A stretch of DNA of 54,659 bases from a virus (lineage: Duplodnaviria > Caudoviricetes). The stretch spans positions 1 to 54,659 of the IMG/VR virus record IMGVR_UViG_3300033997_000276; one strand, 5' to 3'. The notes below the pieces were generated by a model. It worked only from the letters and a program-made list of their open reading frames with translations. It searched no databases and was not told the DNA's origin. Each line of letters opens with the position of its first letter. The stretch's first letter is position 1. The position numbers were made by a program, and so were the translations under genes. This document shows positions 1 to 8,679 of the stretch, one piece after another.

Positions 1-625
1 TTTGCGCTAAACGGTCTGCTGTCGCTGGTGCTGACGATTGAATGATCACTTTGCCTTTGCCATTGGCGATCCCAGCGGCAGCGGCCGCATCAGCTTTAGC
101 TTGATCTGCGGCAGTTTGCGCCGTTGACGCTGCGCTGTTGGCCGCTGTTGCTGTCGCCTGCACCGTAGTGATTTGTGTTGCTAATGCGCTATCAGCATCC
201 GCGCGCGCTGTCTGCTCTTGCTGAATTGCCGCAGCGTTCTGTGTGGCCTTGGTATTGGCCGCATCAGCGGCGGATTGTGCAGCTGCTGCAGCGCTGGCAG
301 CATCCGTGGCCGCTTTATCGGTTACTGCAACCCATGCTGAGCCGTTCCAGCGCTTAGGTGTATTGGCGTTGTTTGTCGTGTCAATCCATAGGTTTTGCGC
401 TAAACGATCTGCAGTGGCAGGCTCGGAAGATTGAATAATCACCTTACCTTTGCCATTGGCGATACCAGCGGCTGCGGCAGCATCGGCCTTGGCTTGATCT
501 GCGGCTGTTTGCGCCGTTGAGGCGGCAGAGTTTGCCGCGGTGGCTGAGGCCTGCACAGTGGTGATTTGCGATGCTAAAGCGCTATCGGCATCAGCGCGTG
601 CGGTTTGTTCTTGCTTAATTAAAGC
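1..625 (-). repeat. 393-bp (131-aa) tandem repeat inside J: Ala-rich helix plus GKGKVIIQSS..NLWIDTT..PKRWNGSAW module
   Basis: tttgcgctaa.. recurs at 1 and 394, giving a period of 393. A third copy lies at 54250..54659. Confidence 0.9.
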
Positions 626-3600
626 CGCATTGCCATTGACTGTGGCTGAAATACTTATGATTTGGTTTGCCAGCGATTCATCTGCAGTGGATCTCGCCAT
701 TTGCTCTGTGATGATGGCGGCAGTGTTTTTATCAATACTGGCTGAAACCGCATCAATGCTTTTTGCTAAGGCTTCATCGGCCGCAGCTCTTGCATATTGC
801 TCAGACCAAACGCCAGCAAACACCGCAGCAGAACCCGCATTCCAGCTCATATCACCAGCAAGTGGCGGGTTTACTTGCGCAAATATACCGTCAATGCGTG
901 ATGTTTCTGCAGTCAGCTTGCCATCAATAGTTTCTATAGATGTCTCAACATTATCTACACGTACAGTCAATGCAGAAACTGCCTCGCCCAAAGAGGAGTA
1001 TTCACCTATTTTTGTCCAGTAGGCGGTATTTGTTGGCAGTGTTCCTGCAGGTACGGCTTGTTTAGCTGAGTAGAGATTCCCTTGATATTTAACCATCTGC
1101 CCGGTGAGGTAGCTGGCTGCTCCGTCCCACTCTGGTGCGCCTACAATGTCAGCGATATCTCCTTGCATTTGGTAAATTTTTTCCTGAACAAAGCCAATAT
1201 CATCTTCGATAGCAGGAATTTTTCTTACTTCTGTTTCGATAGCGGGAATTTTTCTTACTTCTGTTTCGATAGCGGGAATTTTGCTTACTTCTGTTTCGAT
1301 AGCGGGAATTTTGCTTACTTCTGTTTGAATGTCATGGATTTTATCCGTTTCAATCTTAATGATCGGGATCAGCTCAATCTCTGTTAGCAATTCTTGTCCG
1401 AGCGCTGAGGATGTGATTCGCTCACTGAAATACTCATCATATTTGGTTTGGTCGGTTGAGCTTTGGCCGTTTACAAAGTTAGACCATGGGCCCACGTTGC
1501 CAGTGCGATCAACCAATCGAGCTCTAAACCAAAAGCTAGCGCCGGCACTTAATCCTGTCATGGTGTGAGTGGCAATTGGGTAAGCAAAATCTCCTAGCTT
1601 GATCATGCCACTGTCGTTATTTTTGGGCCCGTATTCAATCTCTGTACGGAGCGTGTCCTCTGCACCTGCAGGGAACAACCAATTTAACGCAATGCCAAAC
1701 ACTAACGGCGTGGTGGTAAAAGATGCAACCGCTGGCGGTAATCCCGTTTTACCCGTGATATTGGTTAGGTCGGACGACTTAGGAACGGACGAAACGTCGA
1801 CAGAGTTGATCGCCCTCACCCGCGCAATATATTGCCCGGTGTAAACGCCACGGATATCAACCGATGTGCTGCTGGTTTTTGGCAGTTTTATCCATTCACC
1901 TGAGTCTTTACGCCATTCCACTTCATAAGCAACTGCATTTTTTGCGGTCGCCCACTGAATAGTCATAGTGGTAACAGAGAGTGTTTGCTCGGTGAATACT
2001 GACTGTGAAATGGTGACTGTTGCTGGCGCTTCTTGGGCACCGATCGGCAACTTGCTTATAGGGCGTTCTTCTAGCCGTGCGCCTGTGTCGATATAGGGGT
2101 ATTTACTTGGGTTATGCTCAACTGCGGTGATCTCGTACTCAATGCTATCGCTATTGGCTTTGGCGACACGCAGCACTCTAAATTGCTGTAGCTTTAGCTC
2201 GTCTGACTCAACCGACCATAGCAGTTGTGGCAATGGCGTTTCGCTGTATTCAGTAGTTACCGTTACCACTCGGCCATTAACGGCCTCAATGGTACGCGCC
2301 TGAGCCTTGCCGCTTGGCAAGTTAATAATCAAGCGGTCGTTAACAGCGATAGTGGCCGCACGGTCTAAGGTGACCTGCTTGCCGTTAACCGCTGAGATAC
2401 GCCCACCAATACGGCTACCTGCAATCAGTTGATCCGCTACGCCAATCACATAACCAGGTAATGGGATGCTACCATCCATACCCACTTTAAAATTAACCGC
2501 ACGGTCATTGTTATTGGTATAAATAGCCCATTTACCGCGGCGCTGCGCCTCTGATTCGCGGGTGCAACCTAAGGCGGATAATTCGACTACGTTGTCGCCA
2601 TAACGGCGCTGTAAGGCTTGATCAGATACCGAGGTAACATCGGACTCATAGGCGTTATCTGGATTATCCCAGCTGACCAAGGCGCGAGTGTATTTAACCT
2701 TTTCGCTGCTCGACGAATAGCTAAATTTGCCGTCGATCACGTTGGCATTGGTGTAGATAAAATCCATATCGCGAGGCATGTCTGCCACTGAGTACATTTG
2801 GCCGTTTGACCAGTACGTCATGCCACGGTAGATAGAGGCCAAATCGCGCAGCACTTGCCACGCCTCTGTTGCCTGCTGAATGTAGATATTGCAGATATAG
2901 CGAGGCTCCATGCCGCCTTTGCCGTCTGGCACCAGCTGATCGCAATATTGGGCAATTTGGTAAAGTTCCCATTTGTCCACCAGCGACGAATTGATCCGCT
3001 TGCCTGTGCCAAAGCGGTCGTCGAGGATAATGTCGTAACTCACCCATGCTGGATTATCGGTCCATGCGATTTTAAAGCTACCGTCCCACACGCCCGTATA
3101 TTCACGGGTAAGCGGATTGTAGTTAGTTGGTACCCGTACTTTGCGCATAAATGGTTCGCACGATACCACAGGAATATTCTGGAATTGGCTGGCATCAAAT
3201 TCCACGTACAACAATGCCGTGTTTGGGTATTTTAGCTTGCGGTCAATCACATCGGTGATCGCTGCAATTTGCATTAAATCTGCCACACGGTTGTTGTTTT
3301 GGTTTGGCGTTAAGCGGCGAATACGGATCTGCCAACTGTTACCAGCAGGTAAATCAATACGGTGGCTGCGCTCATAGGGCTGAGTGGTTTTTCCGTCCAC
3401 CGCGGTGCTTAATACGGTTTGATAGCTACCGCCATCGGTAGAGAGATCAATAGCGTACTCAATGCGATAGCCGTTTACATCGCCGTTATCAAGCTGTTGC
3501 TGCAGCGCTGGCCAGTGAAAGCGCACCCGAACTGCAGAGAGCAGTGAGTTTGTAATGGCTTTGGTGTATGGCTGCTCTGATTTTAACTCAATCCCTAATG

Positions 3601-3904
3601 CCACCTCGTTTTCAACCGATGGTAAGCCAGGAATATAGGTTTGATGTACAGAACCCGGACGAAAGTCCCAAATAACACCGGGGAAGTTTTCAGCGCCATT
3701 GGCATCGAGCAGAGGTGTGCCATCTAAAAACACATTTTGCCCGGATAATTGGCCCTCAAATTCACCTTCACCGATCGCCAGTAAAATCTTAGCTTTGGCG
3801 ATGGAGCGCAGATCATCTGGCGATTCAACCGGAGTACGCTGCTCGCTTTCGCCTGCTTTAGCGCCATGGATAACGAGTTGTTGATTTAATGCGGGAATAC
3901 CCAT
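1..3904 (-). CDS. J: Tail tip / host-specificity protein J, N-terminal ~1301 codons; runs off the left edge and continues at 54659..53740
   Basis: ATG at 3904 directly after gene I. Reads MGIPALNQQLVIHGAKAGESEQRTPVESPDDLRS... with lambda-J-like segments. Frame checked at the start, the repeats and position 1. Missing from the ORF track because it has no stop in the window. Confidence 0.9.
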   Translation of the reverse strand, partial: MGIPALNQQLVIHGAKAGESEQRTPVESPDDLRSIAKAKILLAIGEGEFEGQLSGQNVFLDGTPLLDANGAENFPGVIWDFRPGSVHQTYIPGLPSVENEVALGIELKSEQPYTKAITNSLLSAVRVRFHWPALQQQLDNGDVNGYRIEYAIDLSTDGGSYQTVLSTAVDGKTTQPYERSHRIDLPAGNSWQIRIRRLTPNQNNNRVADLMQIAAITDVIDRKLKYPNTALLYVEFDASQFQNIPVVSCEPFMRKVRVPTNYNPLTREYTGVWDGSFKIAWTDNPAWVSYDIILDDRFGTGKRINSSLVDKWELYQIAQYCDQLVPDGKGGMEPRYICNIYIQQATEAWQVLRDLASIYRGMTYWSNGQMYSVADMPRDMDFIYTNANVIDGKFSYSSSSEKVKYTRALVSWDNPDNAYESDVTSVSDQALQRRYGDNVVELSALGCTRESEAQRRGKWAIYTNNNDRAVNFKVGMDGSIPLPGYVIGVADQLIAGSRIGGRISAVNGKQVTLDRAATIAVNDRLIINLPSGKAQARTIEAVNGRVVTVTTEYSETPLPQLLWSVESDELKLQQFRVLRVAKANSDSIEYEITAVEHNPSKYPYIDTGARLEERPISKLPIGAQEAPATVTISQSVFTEQTLSVTTMTIQWATAKNAVAYEVEWRKDSGEWIKLPKTSSTSVDIRGVYTGQYIARVRAINSVDVSSVPKSSDLTNITGKTGLPPAVASFTTTPLVFGIALNWLFPAGAEDTLRTEIEYGPKNNDSGMIKLGDFAYPIATHTMTGLSAGASFWFRARLVDRTGNVGPWSNFVNGQSSTDQTKYDEYFSERITSSALGQELLTEIELIPIIKIETDKIHDIQTEVSKIPAIETEVSKIPAIETEVRKIPAIETEVRKIPAIEDDIGFVQEKIYQMQGDIADIVGAPEWDGAASYLTGQMVKYQGNLYSAKQAVPAGTLPTNTAYWTKIGEYSSLGEAVSALTVRVDNVETSIETIDGKLTAETSRIDGIFAQVNPPLAGDMSWNAGSAAVFAGVWSEQYARAAADEALAKSIDAVSASIDKNTAAIITEQMARSTADESLANQIISISATVNGNAALIKQEQTARADADSALASQITTVQASATAANSAASTAQTAADQAKADAAAAAGIANGKGKVIIQSSEPATADRLAQNLWIDTTNNANTPKRWNGSAWVAVTDKAATDAASAAAAAQSAADAANTKATQNAAAIQQEQTARADADSALATQITTVQATATAANSAASTAQTAADQAKADAAAAAGIANGKGKVIIQSSAPATADRLAQ
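1205..1326 (-). repeat. 4 x 30-bp tandem repeat in J encoding TEV(S/R)KIPAIE
   Basis: ttcgatagc(a/g)ggaattt(t)(t/g)cttacttctgt repeated four times. Confidence 0.95.
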
Positions 3905-3908
3905 TTAG

Positions 3909-4544
3909 TTAAGGCTCCTGTTGATTGCCGCCGCCATTACTGCCACCCGATTGGATTGGGCGCTTAGTGGTTGCTATGTCTTCTGCATAAATACCTGCGC
4001 TAATAATGGCGCCACCAATACGGCGCTTGCCGTAACCAATACCAACAGGGTTACCCGCTGCCGTGGTATTAACCGCGCCACCAAAGGCATAGCTTGGCGC
4101 GTTCTCGTCGGCTTCCCTGCCCTTTAGTCCTTTGGCTTGGGGTGAAAGCATTTGCACCACGCCGCCAGCGACCATGGCAACACCTGGAGCCATTAGCATT
4201 TGAAGTCCGGGTATAAAAGAGGCAACAATCAAAACTGCTCCAATAATCGTCTGCAAAATTCCAGCGCGTTTGCTGCCTGTAATCACAGGCACAATCCTGA
4301 TCTCTCGAGTGCCGGCTAAATCAAATTCATCCTGTCCAGTGTTGCGGCCATTGCGAAAAATCGCATAACGCAATCCGAGCCTTGCCTGTTCTTTGATAAA
4401 TAACTCAAAGCCTTGCAGGGTATTTTTAAGGGCGCTAAACGCTTCAGTTGTGGTGCCTGTATCTAAAAATCGCTTATGCTCACGGCCAAACTTTTTAGCA
4501 AGCGATCCTGATAGTTTTATCGTGGTGAGTTGTTGTGAGTTCAT
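3909..4544 (-). CDS. I: Tail assembly protein I (lambda gpI-like)
   Basis: IKLSGSLAKKFGREH..IRIVPVITGSKRAG..SYAFGGAVNTTAAGNPVGIGYGKRRIGGAIISAG. Lies upstream of J; likely start is ATG 4544. Confidence 0.9.
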   Translation of the reverse strand: MNSQQLTTIKLSGSLAKKFGREHKRFLDTGTTTEAFSALKNTLQGFELFIKEQARLGLRYAIFRNGRNTGQDEFDLAGTREIRIVPVITGSKRAGILQTIIGAVLIVASFIPGLQMLMAPGVAMVAGGVVQMLSPQAKGLKGREADENAPSYAFGGAVNTTAAGNPVGIGYGKRRIGGAIISAGIYAEDIATTKRPIQSGGSNGGGNQQEP

Positions 4545-4578
4545 ATTAGACCTGCTGTCATCAGCATTTTTTGGCAAT

Positions 4579-4605
4579 AAAAAAGCCGCCTGATTAGGCG
4601 GCTTT
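4579..4605 (-). terminator. Rho-independent terminator upstream of gene I
   Basis: AAAGCCGCC-TAATCA-GGCGGCTTT followed by a T run on the minus strand. Confidence 0.75.
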
Positions 4606-4636
4606 AGATAATCTTTCTCGAAAGAGGGTTTTTCGG

Positions 4637-4653
4637 ATTGTTATAGCAGGATA
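4637..4653 (-). promoter_or_regulatory. Extended -10 promoter-like motif TATCCTGCTATAACAAT (second copy)
   Basis: Exact 17-bp match to 28328..28344; contains TG-n-TATAAC. Confidence 0.5.
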
Positions 4654-4664
4654 AGTCCTTTAGG

Positions 4665-5883
4665 CTAACTAGGCAAGATCGCTTTTAAGCCCCTTGCCTC
4701 AAGTTCGTTTATGCTACGTCTAACCGTTGCGGCAAAACACACACCATCACGCATATGATCAATCATCTGTGTGCCAGCGCGAGAGCCAAGCATAGTAAAC
4801 ACCTCATACAGCTTGTATTCGTCAAAGTACTTTTTCAAATAATCCATATGAGTGCAAAGCCCTTTGATATTGTGAATATCGTACTCATTTAGCAAAGGTT
4901 GTGGCGCGATTGCAGGGGCAGCAGGAATAAATTCGCCGTCTAACGGTACCCGCGCGGCAAGCGATAACGCCTCGGTAAATTGGTCTTCCGCTATTTGCTT
5001 GTAGGTGGTGCCAAAGTGAGACTTTAGCGCCGACCACATGGTAATAATCGCTTTAGCCTGCTTGTCTTTAGGTAGCGATTTACCACGGTACATGACTAAC
5101 TGAGCTGGCGACGGGATTCTGAATTTTTTTCACAAAAAGTAACTTAACCTGCTGACTCATATACATAAACCATCAACGCAAACTCAATCTCGGGTGTTAT
5201 AGCCTGAGCGAACGGCATGTGAATGTGGCCAGAGCGAGGCAATGTGGCATGTACCATTCCATACCGGCAAAACCGGCGGTTTGACAGGGTTCTGACGCTA
5301 ACAAGTAATAACCCAGAATTATTACTTGTTAGAATTACAGAATTTCAGCGGGTTCTGAACTGTATTTCAGTACGTATATACATATTACGTATTAGTACGA
5401 AATGAAAAAGCAGAAAAAAATTCAGAATCCCGTTGGACCCTCTAACTGCTTTATGGCTGTTTGCTGCTCTAGCGTAATTTTACCTTGCTGTGACTGGGTG
5501 GCTTTGCGCGGATTTTTGACTTCGCCTTTTGTCCAGTATTCATAAAGCACATCATCACACTCTTCTTGATACTGAATAACCCGATCGCGAATTTCAGGCT
5601 TAACCTTGTTTGGCTGGATGCTTGAAAGCCACGCTGCAAACTTACGAAAAGCCAAGCATGTCATTTCACGATTTTTACGATCAGAAGCAACCATTGTGAT
5701 TTCCACAACACTTCTAGTAAACCTTTGCTTTATCTTTGTGAACTGTGAAGCCCAGTCCAACCCCATTCCTTCAACGATAGGTTTCATTGGGACATAAGGC
5801 TCGTTGTTTATACTCACAACAAAAAGACTTGCTCCATGAAAAGGGACGTTGATTGTACGATCTGCAATTGCTAAACTTGTCAT
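4665..5883 (-). pseudogene. ant: P22 Ant-like antirepressor split by a 341-bp insertion
   Basis: The N-part (MTSLAIADRTINVPFHG..YQEECDDVLYEYWTKG) and C-part (MYRGKSLPKDKQAKAIITMWSALKSHFG) rejoin in frame as IKQLVMYRG, giving a 290-aa ORF once 5102..5442 and one TAACT are removed. Confidence 0.85.
5102..5442. mobile_element. Non-autonomous MITE-like element, 341 bp
   Basis: Termini GAGCTGGCG-ACGGGATTCTGAATTTTTTT and (reverse complement) GAGGGTCCA-ACGGGATTCTGAATTTTTTT with a 20-bp perfect inner IR. TAACT is duplicated at 5097..5101 and 5443..5447. No transposase inside. Confidence 0.85.
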
Positions 5884-5960
5884 GTCAATGATTCCGCTTT
5901 GATTTGTTGATATAGAGGCCTCAACTGTTGCTGCAGTTGGGGCTTCATTCTTTATGGCGG

Positions 5961-6635
5961 TCATGCGGCCACCCCTTCACTCACTAACTTCTCACAAATC
6001 CACGCCTCACCCGCTGGGGTAAACATGGCCTGCGAAAAACCTTGGTCGGTTTGGCGTAGCTTTCCAAAGCCTTTATCAATAAACCACTGCTGAAACACTC
6101 TGCCGCGTTTAATGGCGTGGCTATAAACGTCATGTTCATCCAAAAATTTATTTAGGCGAACAGCGGACAAGTTATGCTTTTGCGCCACTTGGCTTGCATT
6201 CATTAATGTGTCACGTACCACCAGCCGATCGAAAAACTCCACTTTAGGCGCTTGTTGCTCGAGTAGCTTGGCTTGGTTAGCGGCGAGTTGCAGTGCTTCT
6301 GCAAATGAATGCGGGATCTGCGGGTAAGGCTTAGACTGCTTTGCTTCCAACTCTTGCCAGCGATCGACCAGTCTTGCGGTAAACTCAGGTGAAAGCTGGG
6401 CAACAACAATAATGCTATCGCGCTTGCCTTGCTCGCCAGAGAATACATAGTGTTTTGACTTCGAATTTTGGCTTAAGCTGTTGATATTCTCGAAAACCCC
6501 CATTGGGGGAAGTTGAATTACCCCATTTTTTGCCAAGCGTTCGATAGATTGCTTTACTTTGTCATGACGAGATCCAACTAGGTCGGATATCTCTCCACTG
6601 GTCATGGTCAATTGGTTGCCGGTGATTAATTTCAT
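5961..6635 (-). CDS. Rha-family regulator with C-terminal ANT/KilA-C antirepressor domain
   Basis: LTMTSGEISDLVGSRHDKVKQSIERL..VVAQLSPEFTARLVDRWQELE..IPHSFAEALQLAA..APKVEFFDRLV. ATG 6635 overlaps the upstream stop (ATGA). Confidence 0.85.
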   Translation of the reverse strand: MKLITGNQLTMTSGEISDLVGSRHDKVKQSIERLAKNGVIQLPPMGVFENINSLSQNSKSKHYVFSGEQGKRDSIIVVAQLSPEFTARLVDRWQELEAKQSKPYPQIPHSFAEALQLAANQAKLLEQQAPKVEFFDRLVVRDTLMNASQVAQKHNLSAVRLNKFLDEHDVYSHAIKRGRVFQQWFIDKGFGKLRQTDQGFSQAMFTPAGEAWICEKLVSEGVAA

Positions 6636-6820
6636 GCGGCCTCCTGATTTTGCATAGTTGCCGCCTTTTCTTCTCTTAAGCATTTTGCAAGTCTCATCAC
6701 AATGGCAGAATTAAGAGAGATAAAGTCCATTTCTGCTTTTTGTTCAAGTTCAGCCCTCATCATTTCTGGAAGATTCAAGGTGAACCGACTTGTTTTATTT
6801 TGTTGCAGTCTGTCTTTCAT
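6632..6820 (-). CDS. Arc-like ribbon-helix-helix repressor
   Basis: RFTLNLPEMMRAELEQKAEMDFISLNSAIVMRL; first gene of the antirepressor operon. Confidence 0.75.
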   Translation of the reverse strand: MKDRLQQNKTSRFTLNLPEMMRAELEQKAEMDFISLNSAIVMRLAKCLREEKAATMQNQEAA

Positions 6821-6843
6821 TTTTAACCATCCTTAAGTCAACA

Positions 6844-6905
6844 TAGCACCAAGTTGGTACTAATACCATTTTGGCACTATTTTTTGATATGTCAAGTTGG
6901 TACTA
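6844..6905. promoter_or_regulatory. Operators and divergent promoters of an immI-like module
   Basis: CAAGTTGGTACTA at 6850..6862 and 6893..6905; palindrome TAGCACCAAGTTGGTACTA; TTGACA on the minus strand at 6890..6895. Confidence 0.6.
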
Positions 6906-6946
6906 TCACCAAGTCAACGATATTTGATTATTAATGGATCGACATT

Positions 6947-7279
6947 ATGAAAGACTACCCTAGCCAAGAGATGGATAGATTCAATGTTAGGCTACCTGCT
7001 GGAATGAGGGAGGCAATTGCAGAACGCGCTAAAGCTCATGGCAGATCTATGAATTCTGAAATAGTAAAGATTCTGCAAGACACGCTTAACAGGTCTTCAT
7101 TGGAAATAGATAAGCTAAATGAGCTAGATGTTACTGAACTGCAAGAAATAGTAAAAACACAGGCAGCTATATTGCTTAAATATAACGAAACAATAAGCAA
7201 TAGTTACGACACAATTGCTGGAATAATGGATTTTCTTAATCAGAAAAAACAGGAAAAAAACCAAGCTAAAGATAAGTAG
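6947..7279 (+). CDS. Arc/Mnt-family repressor, divergent from the ant operon
   Basis: YPSQEMDRFNVRLPAGMREAIAERAKAHGRSMNSEIV. Confidence 0.85.
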   Translation: MKDYPSQEMDRFNVRLPAGMREAIAERAKAHGRSMNSEIVKILQDTLNRSSLEIDKLNELDVTELQEIVKTQAAILLKYNETISNSYDTIAGIMDFLNQKKQEKNQAKDK

Positions 7280-7301
7280 TAGGCCACTTTTTGGTGGCCT
7301 A
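7280..7301. terminator. Hairpin between convergent genes
   Basis: TAGGCCAC-TTTTTG-GTGGCCTA. Confidence 0.6.
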
Positions 7302-7309
7302 TTTAGCAA

Positions 7310-7828
7310 CTATTGAGACATGATTACTTCGGCAGTCTCACCATCTTGAAGGTAAACCCTTTTCAGCAATAACCCACCTTGCCGACTGTAGTCGCCAGTC
7401 ATCCAAGTAATTGAGGTTGTCACGTAATAAGTACCATCGGCAAGATCTTTAAACTTAAACCTACCTTCTGAATCACAAACTGTTGTTTTTGAATATTTAT
7501 CATAATCGGCTGGACGTGGTGGCATTTTCTTATTAAATATCCCCTCATCCGCCGCGAAGCCGCGCTCTGTCGTACCAAAGTATGCTAAAGCGCGTTCTGT
7601 GGCGTATGCGGTTGCAGGGACTAGCTGAACAGTCATGCCAGAGCAGGTAACTATGCCGCCACCACGCTGGCGTAGAAAAGCATTACCTTCAATGGAGTTG
7701 TTACCTTTTTCCATTAATTTTTTCGCTTCCACGGCATCAAATTGAGCGTTTAACTTTACTGTCGGTGATGCACAGCCGGCTAATGAAATAAGCACAATAG
7801 CAGCTAAACCTAATTTAAGTTTTTTCAT
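7310..7828 (-). CDS. Lipoprotein moron, function unknown
   Basis: MKKLKLGLAAIVLISLAG-C lipobox; beta-rich body ..CDSEGRFKFKDLADGTYYV. Confidence 0.75.
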   Translation of the reverse strand: MKKLKLGLAAIVLISLAGCASPTVKLNAQFDAVEAKKLMEKGNNSIEGNAFLRQRGGGIVTCSGMTVQLVPATAYATERALAYFGTTERGFAADEGIFNKKMPPRPADYDKYSKTTVCDSEGRFKFKDLADGTYYVTTSITWMTGDYSRQGGLLLKRVYLQDGETAEVIMSQ

Positions 7829-7914
7829 TGTTTAATCCATTAATTCAATTAGTAAAATGTTATAGCTTAAACACTATGCCAACGACCTAACTCACTGTAA
7901 AGCTTTTAGCCGTT

Positions 7915-8628
7915 TTATCCTGCATAGCGTACTATCAAGCGGGTATTGCGTTGCCAGTATCCGCCATAGATATCGTAGCGGCTAAGGCGCCCGTAGAGGT
8001 GATGCAGGATCTTGCCTTCGCCAACATAAACAGCAGCGTGATTAACTCGCTGGCTTTGGATTTGCATTAAGAACACATCGCCAATTTGTAGATCGGCTAG
8101 ATTGATATTTGGCAGCGCCACAAATCCCGCTTTGGCAAAGTTATCGAGGTATAGCTCTTGCTCACCTTCCCACCAGCCGTCTTGGCGCTCAAAGTCTGGC
8201 AAATGGATTTGTTGCACCTCACGGTACCAATCGCGAACGCAGCTATAGCAATCCCACACGCCATGGACAAACGGACGGTTTAGCAGTGGTTTACGCTCAC
8301 CCGTTGGCACTATGGTGCGTAAGTCACCATCAGGCCAGCTGAGGATATGCCATGGCAAGCCACTCGCCTCACACATGGCGCGATCGCGCTCACTGGGTTT
8401 GCTACTGGCGTCTGGGTGGCTGTGGCAAATACCGATTATTGCGCCTTGTTCGTCAATATCCGCGTATTGCTGCGGATCAATCACAAACTCATCGGCTTTG
8501 TTAGTTGCCTTGTTTTCGCATGGCACATATTGCGCTTTGTTGCCTTGCCGGATCAGCAGGCCACAACATTCGTGAGGGTAGCAGCTAGCCGCATGCTGAC
8601 TGAAGGCATGTAAAATGGTTGGATGCAT
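7915..8628 (-). CDS. K: Tail assembly protein K (MPN/JAB + NlpC/P60)
   Basis: YPHECCGL, HSHPD, RPFVHGVWDCYSCVRDWY, NHAAVYVG..LHH. Confidence 0.92.
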   Translation of the reverse strand: MHPTILHAFSQHAASCYPHECCGLLIRQGNKAQYVPCENKATNKADEFVIDPQQYADIDEQGAIIGICHSHPDASSKPSERDRAMCEASGLPWHILSWPDGDLRTIVPTGERKPLLNRPFVHGVWDCYSCVRDWYREVQQIHLPDFERQDGWWEGEQELYLDNFAKAGFVALPNINLADLQIGDVFLMQIQSQRVNHAAVYVGEGKILHHLYGRLSRYDIYGGYWQRNTRLIVRYAG

Positions 8629-8679
8629 AGGGACCTGCTTAGTGAGTTAGACCATTTTGCTGACGGCGGGAAAATGCTT

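Noticed and set aside
1205-1326. 30-bp repeats as a CRISPR array
   Set aside because: The units are contiguous with no spacers, lie in frame within J, and no cas genes are present
175-3884. Short ORFs from the track in this interval
   Set aside because: They are antisense or off-frame shadows of the long J frame
5223-5405. 60-aa ORF as the transposase of the insertion
   Set aside because: Too short, no DDE or HUH motif, weak start context
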